A stretch of 32,000 nt of DNA from Aquifex aeolicus VF5 (GTDB lineage: Bacteria > Aquificota > Aquificia > Aquificales > Aquificaceae). The stretch spans positions 1,170,001 through 1,202,000 of the forward strand of contig NC_000918.1 of assembly GCF_000008625.1 (NCBI RefSeq). Reading direction: 5' to 3'. How positions within the stretch are numbered: the stretch's first letter is position 1; each line of letters opens with the position of its first letter. The translations under genes and the position numbers were made by a program. The notes beneath the pieces were generated by a model, which saw only the letters and a program-made list of their open reading frames with translations, was not told the origin of the DNA and did not search any database. Shown in pieces: positions 7,548 to 16,099 of this stretch.

Positions 7548-9359
7548 ATGCTCACAGAGTACGGAGACTTCAAAAGAACCAAGTACTGCGGAGAGGTAAG
7601 CGAAGAAGACATCGGAAAGGAAGTCAAGCTCGCGGGTTGGGTTCACAGAAAGAGACACCACGGCGGAGTAATATTCATAGACCTGAGGGACAGGGAGGGA
7701 ATAGTTCAGGTAGTAGTAGAAGAAAAGACAAATCCCGAGGCTTATGAGGTTGCGGACAAATTGAAGTCAGAGTACGTTATCGGAGTCGTAGGAAAGGTGA
7801 GAAAAAGACCGGAAGGAACGGAAAATCCCAAGCTAAAAACAGGATACGTTGAAGTGGTTGCGGATAGAATTCTCGTCTTCAACACGAGCGAAGCCCTACC
7901 CTTCCCAGTAGAAGAAGAAACACATGTATCAGAAGAGACGAAGTTAAAGTACAGGTACATAGACCTTAGAAGGGAGAGTATGAAGAACAACCTCATATTC
8001 AGACACAGGGTTTACCAGATAACTAGAAACTTCTTCACAAAAGAGGGTTTTATAGAAATAGAAACTCCCTTCCTTACAAAGTCAACTCCCGAAGGAGCGA
8101 GGGACTTTTTAGTTCCTTCAAGGCTACACCCGGGCAAGTTTTACGCCCTTCCTCAATCTCCTCAGCTATTTAAACAAATACTAATGATTGCAGGGTTTGA
8201 CAGGTACTTCCAGATAGTAAAGTGTTTCAGGGACGAGGACCTGAGGGCGGACAGACAGCCCGAATTTACCCAGATAGATTACGAGATGTCCTTCGTGAGC
8301 GAAGAAGAGGTAATGGATGTTGCGGAAAGACTTATCGCCACCCTCTTTAAAGAACTCCTCGGAGTAGAACTAAAAACACCCTTTGAGAGGATTTCTTACA
8401 GGGAAGCTATGGAGAAGTACGGGACGGATAAGCCAGACAGGAGGTTCGGACTAGAACTTATAGAACTCACGGACATATTCAAAAACACAGCCTTTAAGGT
8501 GTTTAAAAGCGTCGTTGAAGCGGGAGGGATAATAAAGGCTATAAACTTCAAAGGCTCAAATCTCTCAAGGAAGGAGATAGACGAACTCACAAAGTTCGTG
8601 CAAAGTCTCGGTGCAAAGGGACTTGCGTGGATAAAGGTAGAAAAGGACAAACTCACATCACCGATAGTGAAGTTCTTCACCGAAGAAGAAACTCAGAAAC
8701 TCCTTGAAAGGACGAAAGCAGAACCCGGAGATGTGATACTCTTTTCCGCGGACAAAAAGGAAATGGTTTACAAAATCCTCGGAAACCTGAGACTCCACCT
8801 CGGAAAGAAGTACAAGCTTATAGACGAGAGCAAGTGGGACGTTTTCTGGATAGTTGATTTCCCTCTTATGGAGTGGGACGAAGAGGAAGAGAGGTTCGTA
8901 TCACTTCACCACCCCTTCACCATGCCAAGGGAAGAGAACATTCCAAAACTAAAGGAAGCCTTGGAAGAGGAAGATTTAGAAAAGAAAAAGGAAATTGTTC
9001 ACTCGGTAAGGGCGAGGGCTTACGACATGGTCCTGAACGGAGAGGAAATAGGCGGAGGTTCTATACGTATCCACAGAAGGGATATTCAGGAAGTTGTTTT
9101 CAAACTCCTCGGTATAGGTGAGGTGGAAGCTCAGGAGAAGTTCGGCTTCCTTCTGGAAGCCCTCAAATACGGAGCACCTCCCCACGGTGGACTTGCCTTC
9201 GGGCTTGATAGGGTAGTGGCTTTGATGCTCGGACTTGATTCTATAAGGGACACGATAGCCTTCCCGAAGACTCAAAGAGGTATATGTCCTCTTACGGGAG
9301 CGCCCGATTACGTGGACCCCAAACAACTCAAGGAACTTCACATAAAAGTTTTAGAATAA
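7548..9359 (+). CDS. aspS: Aspartyl-tRNA synthetase (bacterial type)
   Basis: The OB-fold region is GWVHRKRHHGGVIFIDLRD. Class II motif 2 is FRDEDLRADRQPEFTQID. Also present are GGGSIRIH and motif 3, GLDRVVALM. Confidence 0.97.
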   Translation: MLTEYGDFKRTKYCGEVSEEDIGKEVKLAGWVHRKRHHGGVIFIDLRDREGIVQVVVEEKTNPEAYEVADKLKSEYVIGVVGKVRKRPEGTENPKLKTGYVEVVADRILVFNTSEALPFPVEEETHVSEETKLKYRYIDLRRESMKNNLIFRHRVYQITRNFFTKEGFIEIETPFLTKSTPEGARDFLVPSRLHPGKFYALPQSPQLFKQILMIAGFDRYFQIVKCFRDEDLRADRQPEFTQIDYEMSFVSEEEVMDVAERLIATLFKELLGVELKTPFERISYREAMEKYGTDKPDRRFGLELIELTDIFKNTAFKVFKSVVEAGGIIKAINFKGSNLSRKEIDELTKFVQSLGAKGLAWIKVEKDKLTSPIVKFFTEEETQKLLERTKAEPGDVILFSADKKEMVYKILGNLRLHLGKKYKLIDESKWDVFWIVDFPLMEWDEEEERFVSLHHPFTMPREENIPKLKEALEEEDLEKKKEIVHSVRARAYDMVLNGEEIGGGSIRIHRRDIQEVVFKLLGIGEVEAQEKFGFLLEALKYGAPPHGGLAFGLDRVVALMLGLDSIRDTIAFPKTQRGICPLTGAPDYVDPKQLKELHIKVLE

Positions 9360-9363
9360 AAGT

Positions 9364-9921
9364 ATGGAGAAGAGAATTACGACACCTCTTACGGACGAAG
9401 TTGTGAAGTCCTTAAGGGCGGGAGACAAGGTTCTCATAACGGGCTACATTTATACCGCAAGGGACGCAGCCCACAAGAGAATGGTTGAAGCTATACAGAG
9501 GGGAGAAAAACCGCCGATAGACTTAAAAGGTCAAATAATCTACTACGTAGGCCCAACTCCACCAAAGCCCGGACAGGTTATAGGCTCTGCCGGACCTACC
9601 ACAGCGATAAGAATGGACAAGTACGTGGAACCCCTCCTAAAGCTCGGACTGAAGGGAATGATAGGAAAAGGTTACAGAAGCCCGCAAGTTAAAGAACTGC
9701 TGAAAAAGTACAAGGCTGTTTACTTTGCGGCGGTTGGAGGAGTAGCGACCCTTCTCCAGAAGCACATAAAGAGTTCCGAGCTTATAGCTTATGAGGACTT
9801 AGGAACGGAAGCCATAAGAAGACTTTACGTTGAGGATTTTCCCGTTATCGTTGCAAACGACGCCTTCGGAGGCGACGTATTCGAAGAGGGCAGGAAGAAG
9901 TACGCGAAAATAGATGTTTAA
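9364..9921 (+). CDS. fumB: Class I (Fe-S type) fumarate hydratase / tartrate dehydratase, beta (C-terminal domain) subunit
   Basis: Motifs GYIYTARDAAHKRM, GPTTAIRMD and GKGYRS are typical of the Fe-S hydro-lyase beta-type catalytic domain. The length is 185 aa. Confidence 0.85.
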   Translation: MEKRITTPLTDEVVKSLRAGDKVLITGYIYTARDAAHKRMVEAIQRGEKPPIDLKGQIIYYVGPTPPKPGQVIGSAGPTTAIRMDKYVEPLLKLGLKGMIGKGYRSPQVKELLKKYKAVYFAAVGGVATLLQKHIKSSELIAYEDLGTEAIRRLYVEDFPVIVANDAFGGDVFEEGRKKYAKIDV

Positions 9922-10711
9922 AAGGATAAGGGAAATAAAGGAAAAGGAACAGGAAGAATTAGTAAGGAAAATATCGGAACTACTAGCGCTCGAAAGAGAA
10001 CTCGAAAGGAAACTTGAAGAACTCCTAAGAGAATACGACAGAAAAAGCCAGAGTGTAAATACCTTGAACGAAATCTTCAAGTTAAAGGCCATAACTAGAA
10101 AAATAGAGGAAACCGTAGACTACTTGGAGGAATTGAACGTCAAAAAAGAGGAGCTAAAAGAAAAGTATCTGGAGTTAAAAGGTGAGATAAAGTCAATAGA
10201 GATACTGGAGGAGAGGAAAAAGAGGGAAAAAATCAAAAAGGAAATAGCGGTAAGCCTTCAAGAACTTGGATTTATGCATCTCGTAAAGAAGATAATTCCC
10301 GTTTTTTTTATGTTTTTCTCCTTCCTCTTTTCTGAAAGTGCCACACAAAAAGCATTAAAAGATAGCATTAACTTAAAAGAGGATTACAAGGTTCTCCTGA
10401 AGTTGATAGAGGAAAAGCTAAAAAAACTGGAAGAGGAGAGGAAAAAGCTCGAAGCCCTGCAAAAAACACCCTTGACGGAGGAGGAAAAGAAGAAACTGGA
10501 AAAGCTGATTAAATCCGTGGAGAAAGCCCCGGCGGACGAGATAGCTCCCGCTATAGAAAACCTTCCGCCCAAGTTAGCGGCGGAGATACTTCTGAGGATT
10601 AAGGAGAGGAAAGCAGGTCAGATACTCGCAAATATGAACCCTCAGAAGGCTTCAGAAATTATGAAGTACATACTTGAAAGAAATCCCAGCTTCAACGCTC
10701 AGGTAGATTGA
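9914..10711 (+). CDS. Coiled-coil (FliJ-like?) N-terminal part, one TM segment, and a C-terminal MgtE_N-type domain (YlxF/FlbB-like flagellar accessory protein)
   Basis: The C-terminus IAPAIENLPPKLAAEILLRIKERKAGQILANMNPQKASEIMKYIL matches the MgtE intracellular N-domain repeat. A hydrophobic segment KKIIPVFFMFFSFLFS lies mid-protein. The N-terminal 120 aa are charged coiled coil. Confidence 0.5.
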   Translation: MFKRIREIKEKEQEELVRKISELLALERELERKLEELLREYDRKSQSVNTLNEIFKLKAITRKIEETVDYLEELNVKKEELKEKYLELKGEIKSIEILEERKKREKIKKEIAVSLQELGFMHLVKKIIPVFFMFFSFLFSESATQKALKDSINLKEDYKVLLKLIEEKLKKLEEERKKLEALQKTPLTEEEKKKLEKLIKSVEKAPADEIAPAIENLPPKLAAEILLRIKERKAGQILANMNPQKASEIMKYILERNPSFNAQVD

Positions 10712-11771
10712 AGTACTTTAAGATAGCCCTGTAAATCGCGTAAGCGAACTTTTTCTGGAAGTGTCTGCTCCTTAACTTTCTAGCTTCGTAAGGGTTCGTT
10801 ATAAATCCGGCTTCTATTAAGACTGAGGGTATTCCAGGCGTCTTGAGGACTGCAAAGTTTGCCCTCTTTATCCCCTTAAAGCGGACGCTCCTTCTCATAG
10901 TTCTCTTTATCTCCCTTGCTAGTATCTTTGCAAAGTCAACGCTGTCCTCCAAAGTTACCCTGAAAGCGAGGTCTGAGATGATCAGCCTCAATTGTCTGTT
11001 CCTCGGATCTCCTCCCCTTATTATCTGCCCGGCGTAACTCAGGTCACTCAGGAGCTTGCTCTTCTTCTGTTTTGCACCTCTGTAAGAAAGGGCGAATATC
11101 TGAGTGCCCCTCGCGTAGGGTCTTCTCTTAGGTGCCGCGTCCGCGTGAATGCTTACAAAGAGGTGTGCCCTGTTCCTTATAGCTATCTGTGCCCTTTTCT
11201 CTAAAGGAACGAAGTAATCCCCCTTCCTCGTCATAATTACTCTAAACCTTCCGTCCCTTTTGAGGTAGTAAGCGAGATACTTCGCTATTTGAAAGTTTAC
11301 CCACTTCTCTTTTATTCCCCTCCAGCCTATGGCTCCGGGATCCTTCCCGCCGTGTCCCGCATCCACGACAACCGTAAACTTTCTCGGCTTTACTCTTATC
11401 CTTTTTTCCTTTATAAGATCAACAACGAGTCTGTCTGGATTCTTCAAGGTAAAGGCCCTTACTGAGTACTGTTTTTCCGGTTTTAAAACCACCCTCCTTC
11501 CCCACGGGTGCTTACCGAGTTTGTAAGAAATGCCCTTCGGCAGGCGAACTCTCTTTATCCTCACGTCCTTACCGAGAAGGTCTATTACTATCCTGTATGG
11601 TCTCTTTAAGACGAATATCCTGTACTTCGTCTCCTTTGATAGGTCAAAAACTACCCTTACCTTGTCTTTATGAATTCCGTGCCTTATTTTGACGAGATTC
11701 AGAGGGAAGGTAAAGCTTACAAAAAGTAAAAACAGTAAGACCTTAAAACTGGTCGAACTCCTTAGGAGCAC
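10692..11771 (-). CDS. N-acetylmuramoyl-L-alanine amidase (AMIN domain(s) + Amidase_3)
   Basis: A signal segment comes first. AMIN-like stretches are KDKVRVVFDL...YRIVIDLLG and PDRLVVDL. The catalytic motifs VVVDAGHGGKDPGAIG and FVSIHADA follow. A GTG start overlaps the upstream gene by 29 nt. Confidence 0.9.
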   Translation of the reverse strand: MLLRSSTSFKVLLFLLFVSFTFPLNLVKIRHGIHKDKVRVVFDLSKETKYRIFVLKRPYRIVIDLLGKDVRIKRVRLPKGISYKLGKHPWGRRVVLKPEKQYSVRAFTLKNPDRLVVDLIKEKRIRVKPRKFTVVVDAGHGGKDPGAIGWRGIKEKWVNFQIAKYLAYYLKRDGRFRVIMTRKGDYFVPLEKRAQIAIRNRAHLFVSIHADAAPKRRPYARGTQIFALSYRGAKQKKSKLLSDLSYAGQIIRGGDPRNRQLRLIISDLAFRVTLEDSVDFAKILAREIKRTMRRSVRFKGIKRANFAVLKTPGIPSVLIEAGFITNPYEARKLRSRHFQKKFAYAIYRAILKYFNLPER

Positions 11772-13401
11772 TGACTTCCTCCTCCACCTCTTCCTTCTTA
11801 GTAGCCCACGGAGCCAAAGGAAACTTTATCATCACGGGGTTGGGAATGTCTGGCTGGTAGAGTATCATCGTCCCCTTCTTTAGCATTATAGCCCTCTGTC
11901 TAAAGTTTCCGGTCAGGAACTCGTACTCTTTGCTGAGGACTTCACTGCTGTCAAGCCTTCCCGTTACCTTTACCGCTGCGTTAGCTACTATCCTCTTCTC
12001 AATTTCACTTGCAGTTTGCTGTGCTCCTATTAGTATAACTCCTAAACTCCTTCCTCTTTCCGCGATGTCGAGCAAGATTTCTTTTATGGGACTCCACTTG
12101 TCCTTAGGTGCGTATTTATTTAATTCGTCCAGAACGACGAAAATTTTAGGGTAGGGATTTCCCGTCTCTTCTTTTTCTCTGAATATCTTCTTGAGTATTG
12201 AACCAACAACGAACATTTTGGCTATACCGTGGAGATCCGATATGTCTATTACGTTGAGCTGGTGGGAGCGCCAATCTATGTGCCTGGATTTATTTCCGTG
12301 AACGAGGTGCTTGCAGTGGGAAGCGGCGTGGTGAAACCTCCTCAAAAAGGCGTATGCGGTTGCGGTTGCAGCCGTTCCGAACCACTCCCTGTAGCGGTCG
12401 GGATCTCTCTTCGTTTCCCTGTCTTCTATAACCTCGTGCAGGAGCTTTAAAAGATCCCCGAGAGAGTTTATCTCCTGACCGTTTTCGTCAAGTAGCACGT
12501 CTCCCGGGCTTTCCTTTGCAAGTTGCTGGAGTTTTTCTGAAACCCTGTCTATTACGTAGTGGAGTGAAGTCGCCCCTTCGTCTCCTTCCGCAAAGAGAAA
12601 CCTCAGTAATCCTTCCTGTGCAAAGTCCTTCATGGACCACTTGTAGGGAAATACCCCTTCCAGTCTCTCCCCCGAGGATGGGATCTCGCTCCACTCCTGT
12701 TCGGGAGGTGCCCAGAATGCAACGTTCTTGAAAGGTTCTGGCGGAAGACCCAGTTTTTCAAAAGCCTCTCTGTGTTCCTTAGTAAACCTCTTGTTCTTCT
12801 TGTCTATCCACAAAAGATCTTTTCCTTTTACGTTGAATATTATCCCGTGAATCTTTGTCCTGTCGTCCGCCTTCTGGAATATAGAGTATAGAAGGAATAG
12901 GGCGTAAGAAGTTTTTGTAGCAACTCCGGACATACCAGAAATTGATATGTGAGCCCCTTCCCTTCCGTTTATAAAGTCGTAATTGAGGTAAACAACCTCT
13001 CCGTTTCTCGTAAGCCCTGCGGGAATCTTCCTTTTCATATTGTCGTAGTAGAGGGCTTTTTCAAAGTCTATTCCCTCGGCTTTAAAGACGTAATCACCGG
13101 GTGTAGGAGGTATGAACACTTCTGGTTCTATACGGGTGACGGAAACCCTAGCCATGTAAGCCAAGTTTGCAGGAACGACCCCGCTATTTACAAGCTGGGC
13201 GTCATATACAAGTTCAACACCTTCCAGGTACTTTATAACTTCCTGAACGATCCCGTAGAACTTTATCTCCTCATTAGTTCCGTCTATTTTTGAATTAACT
13301 ACTACGACGTCGTCAAGTTGAAGGAATTTTCCCTTTTCTACCCCTACCCAGAACTCAAGGGGGTTTGAAGGCTTTGTTCCTAAAACTATTCCCACTTTCA
13401 T
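11743..13401 (-). CDS. HerA/FtsK-superfamily ATPase (DUF87-like) with an N-terminal barrel and a deviant Walker A
   Basis: The N-terminus is HAS-barrel-like (VGIVLG...FLQLDDVVVV...FYGIVQEV). The P-loop region is HISISGMSGVATKTS. Walker B is IFVVLDELNKYAP. The distal RGRSLGVILIGAQQ is also present. Confidence 0.7.
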   Translation of the reverse strand: MKVGIVLGTKPSNPLEFWVGVEKGKFLQLDDVVVVNSKIDGTNEEIKFYGIVQEVIKYLEGVELVYDAQLVNSGVVPANLAYMARVSVTRIEPEVFIPPTPGDYVFKAEGIDFEKALYYDNMKRKIPAGLTRNGEVVYLNYDFINGREGAHISISGMSGVATKTSYALFLLYSIFQKADDRTKIHGIIFNVKGKDLLWIDKKNKRFTKEHREAFEKLGLPPEPFKNVAFWAPPEQEWSEIPSSGERLEGVFPYKWSMKDFAQEGLLRFLFAEGDEGATSLHYVIDRVSEKLQQLAKESPGDVLLDENGQEINSLGDLLKLLHEVIEDRETKRDPDRYREWFGTAATATAYAFLRRFHHAASHCKHLVHGNKSRHIDWRSHQLNVIDISDLHGIAKMFVVGSILKKIFREKEETGNPYPKIFVVLDELNKYAPKDKWSPIKEILLDIAERGRSLGVILIGAQQTASEIEKRIVANAAVKVTGRLDSSEVLSKEYEFLTGNFRQRAIMLKKGTMILYQPDIPNPVMIKFPLAPWATKKEEVEEEVSAPKEFDQF

Positions 13402-13450
13402 GTTTTGCCCCTCTTTCAGATAAACTTACTCCTAAAGAGGATTTTAACAC

Positions 13451-16099
13451 CTAATTCAGTATTATTTTTGTGTTTAAAACTTTATTTTCCTCCCCGTCGG
13501 GTGGTGCCCAATGCGCATCCGGAGGCGTTTTTTCCACGGGAGACCACGGGTGTCCTTTCGGGATTATTATTTCCGAATCTTTTACAGTGTTAAACCTTGA
13601 ATAACCGCCGTGGAAGTTTACATCAACGAAAAAAGTGCAGTTTTTCACCACATTTCTCGAAGAAGCCCACTGAATTACAAAGTGCCTCACACCTTTTACG
13701 TAACACTTTACAAACACTATTCTGTGGGACTTGTAAATCCTGACGTATCCGTTTCCCCCTTTCCCTTTATTCCAGCTCCCGAAAGCTTTAAAGTTTTTAA
13801 CTTTAACACCGTAGCTGTTTTCAAGGCTAAGAGGATGACTACCTGCCATAAGCACCTTTACGTTTATAAGGGAACTCTCCGATACCCACCTGAGCCTAAT
13901 TCCATCAACTTTATACCCGGGAAACAAATTCTCGTAAACGTACTCAACTTCGCGCGGGTCGTGGTCAGGGACTTCCTGATAAAGTGTCAGGTTTTCTATC
14001 CTGACGTTCTTTACAAACTCAGGAGCGTAAACCACGCTGTTAGGAGGGTAATCTATCTCCACGGGTTCTGACAGAATAATCCTATTTCTGCGAACTTCCT
14101 CAACTCTGTAAATTCCCTGTCTCAAAAAAGGCTTTTCCTTTTTCCAGACCCTTGAGCCTATACTCTTCAAAAACTCCTCCGTATTAGGAGCACCTATCCA
14201 GACGTAATTGAGTTTTCCTTTTACTTCTCTGTCCAGAAGTAATTCACTTTCACCTTTTCTCACACCCTTTAACGTATAACCTAGCTTTTTTCCTTTACTC
14301 CCGGAAACCTCTATAACGCTTTTGTCTTCGCCCTTTATCTTTGAAATTATCAGAACCTTTCCTTTTCCTTTCAGCGTGATATTTGAAGTATTTATCTTTA
14401 CGGGTCTGTAAACGCAGTAAGTTCCCTGTTCTATGTAAATTTCATTTACTCCGCGTTTTAGTGCCATTTCAATTTTACTTTCCAGTCCTTCCTTGCAATC
14501 TTTTATTTCTGCAGAAAAGGCAAGTCCGGGCAAGGGCAGCGGACCGAACCTCGGGAGCTTGAAAACACCCACGTACAGCCCTACGAAGTATACGTAAAGA
14601 GTTATGTAAAGAACTATTAATCCGTACCTCAGCATAGTCCTGAGAGTTTTGAAACTGTGAATTTTTGCCTGTATTTCCTGTTTTGCGTGTTTAGCCCAAC
14701 TCTGTTTTGCTAAGTTTGATGAAGCGTAAATCTTCACTACTGAACCTACCCACTTGTCGTAAACTTGGAGAAGTAGGTGTAGTATGTGAGGTGTGAGGCG
14801 TGAAATAAAAAACAACCACGTCAATTGAAGCGTTCTTATCCATATTACCCATACCGCGTAAAAGACCCAGTAAAAGGGAGATATAAAGAGGGAGAGAAGG
14901 GTTGCACCTGTGGGCCCAACTAAACTCGTCCACATGGAAATCCTTTGATCCACTATAGCCCACCATATGAACCAGCTTCCTATTTTCTTCGGACCTAGCT
15001 TAATAGCCCTCCAGTTATTCCTGAGCATATTCCCGTACCACCTGAACATGAGGGATATAGAAATCTTAAAGAAGTTTCCGCTCCTTTCCTCCACAGACCA
15101 TGTGAGTGCGTCCGGAGCATAAAGCATATCCCAGCCGTTTTTCAGAAGGTAAAACCACGTACTTTTGTCGTCTCCCATCAAGAACCTGAACTTACCGAAC
15201 AGGTAATGCTCAAGTTTATCTGCTTCAACAAACCTTATGAATTCTTCATTCAATACTACATGAGCCCTGAATACGGAAAACCTCCCTGTTAAAGTCAGAA
15301 CTTTCCTGTAAAGGCTGTGGGACATCATCATCATGTGTCTTCTTGCGAACTTTAACCTGTACCAGAGCAGTAAGAGGAAGTTCTTTCCGATGTAGTGAAC
15401 CTCTTCATCGGTCGTTACCGCCGCTATTTTCGGAGAAAGTTTAAAGAGCGGAAGCGTTTTTTTGAGGACGTCCTTTCCCAAAACAGTATCCCCGTCCATG
15501 AACACTATAAGGTCATCCTTGTAATCCCTGTGGAAGTAAAGAGGGTGCGTAAAGTGTCTGGAAATGGCACGGAGGGTGTGTCCCATAGCTACCCTTTTAC
15601 CGAGCTCCTGATACAGAAATATGAGCTTTATCTTTTCCTTGTAGTCGTAAGCTCTAACTACCTGCTCAATGAAGTCCGCTTCCTTTTTAGACCCAACTGC
15701 TACGAATACGTAAACCTCAGATGGAATTTTGTAGCATTCCTGAACAAGGGACATGAAAACGATTTCCGAAACCCTTGGACTCTCTTTATAGGAGGGAATC
15801 ATGAAGTATAGCCTTCTGGGATAGGGATTTTTAACCTTCTTTAATATTCTCCTGTACTTGGGATACACGTAGAAGTTGTATATAAGGGCGTTTAGAGCGT
15901 TAATTGCAAACCACGTGTACCTCCATACACCTATCGCTGCTATGGCTAAAAAACCGTGAAACTTCAGGTCCCACGCTCTTCCCGGAAGTAAGGCGAGTAT
16001 TATGAAGGAAATCCCAAGCCAGAAGAACAGAAATAAAAGAAATTGGGGCCAAGATTTTGGAAAATCTTCTCTGGAGGAATAAGCGAGATTTGGTTTCAT
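13451..16099 (-). CDS. Alg8-like membrane family-2 glycosyltransferase (polysaccharide synthase) fused to a C-terminal periplasmic right-handed beta-helix domain
   Basis: N-terminal TM helices come first. GT2 motifs are LIVFMDGDTVLG, LTLTGRFSVFRA, FRFLMGDDKSTWF and LMFRWYGNMLRNN (the xxRW motif), plus VDQRISMWTS. More TM helices follow, then 356 aa of repeats such as NITLKGKG, VRIENLTLY, NVKVLMAG, VKVKNFKAFG, IVFVKCYVKG and VVKNCTFFVD. Confidence 0.75.
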   Translation of the reverse strand: MKPNLAYSSREDFPKSWPQFLLFLFFWLGISFIILALLPGRAWDLKFHGFLAIAAIGVWRYTWFAINALNALIYNFYVYPKYRRILKKVKNPYPRRLYFMIPSYKESPRVSEIVFMSLVQECYKIPSEVYVFVAVGSKKEADFIEQVVRAYDYKEKIKLIFLYQELGKRVAMGHTLRAISRHFTHPLYFHRDYKDDLIVFMDGDTVLGKDVLKKTLPLFKLSPKIAAVTTDEEVHYIGKNFLLLLWYRLKFARRHMMMMSHSLYRKVLTLTGRFSVFRAHVVLNEEFIRFVEADKLEHYLFGKFRFLMGDDKSTWFYLLKNGWDMLYAPDALTWSVEERSGNFFKISISLMFRWYGNMLRNNWRAIKLGPKKIGSWFIWWAIVDQRISMWTSLVGPTGATLLSLFISPFYWVFYAVWVIWIRTLQLTWLFFISRLTPHILHLLLQVYDKWVGSVVKIYASSNLAKQSWAKHAKQEIQAKIHSFKTLRTMLRYGLIVLYITLYVYFVGLYVGVFKLPRFGPLPLPGLAFSAEIKDCKEGLESKIEMALKRGVNEIYIEQGTYCVYRPVKINTSNITLKGKGKVLIISKIKGEDKSVIEVSGSKGKKLGYTLKGVRKGESELLLDREVKGKLNYVWIGAPNTEEFLKSIGSRVWKKEKPFLRQGIYRVEEVRRNRIILSEPVEIDYPPNSVVYAPEFVKNVRIENLTLYQEVPDHDPREVEYVYENLFPGYKVDGIRLRWVSESSLINVKVLMAGSHPLSLENSYGVKVKNFKAFGSWNKGKGGNGYVRIYKSHRIVFVKCYVKGVRHFVIQWASSRNVVKNCTFFVDVNFHGGYSRFNTVKDSEIIIPKGHPWSPVEKTPPDAHWAPPDGEENKVLNTKIILN

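Noticed and set aside
11743-13401. Treating the HerA-like ATPase as the core of an anti-phage defence system.
   Set aside because: No partner effector (NurA, Sir2, DUF4297 or another nuclease) is adjacent. The neighbours are envelope genes. One gene alone is not enough to call a defence system.
13454-14521. Assigning the beta-helix domain specifically as an AlgG-type mannuronan C5-epimerase.
   Set aside because: I could not find the DPHD catalytic motif that I associate with AlgG and AlgE epimerases. Only a non-equivalent PDHDP stretch is present. The activity (epimerase, lyase or hydrolase) is left open.
13405-15811. Plus-strand ORFs 13405..13593, 13610..14071 and 15395..15811.
   Set aside because: They are antisense to the Alg8-like synthase gene, whose motif content establishes the minus-strand frame.
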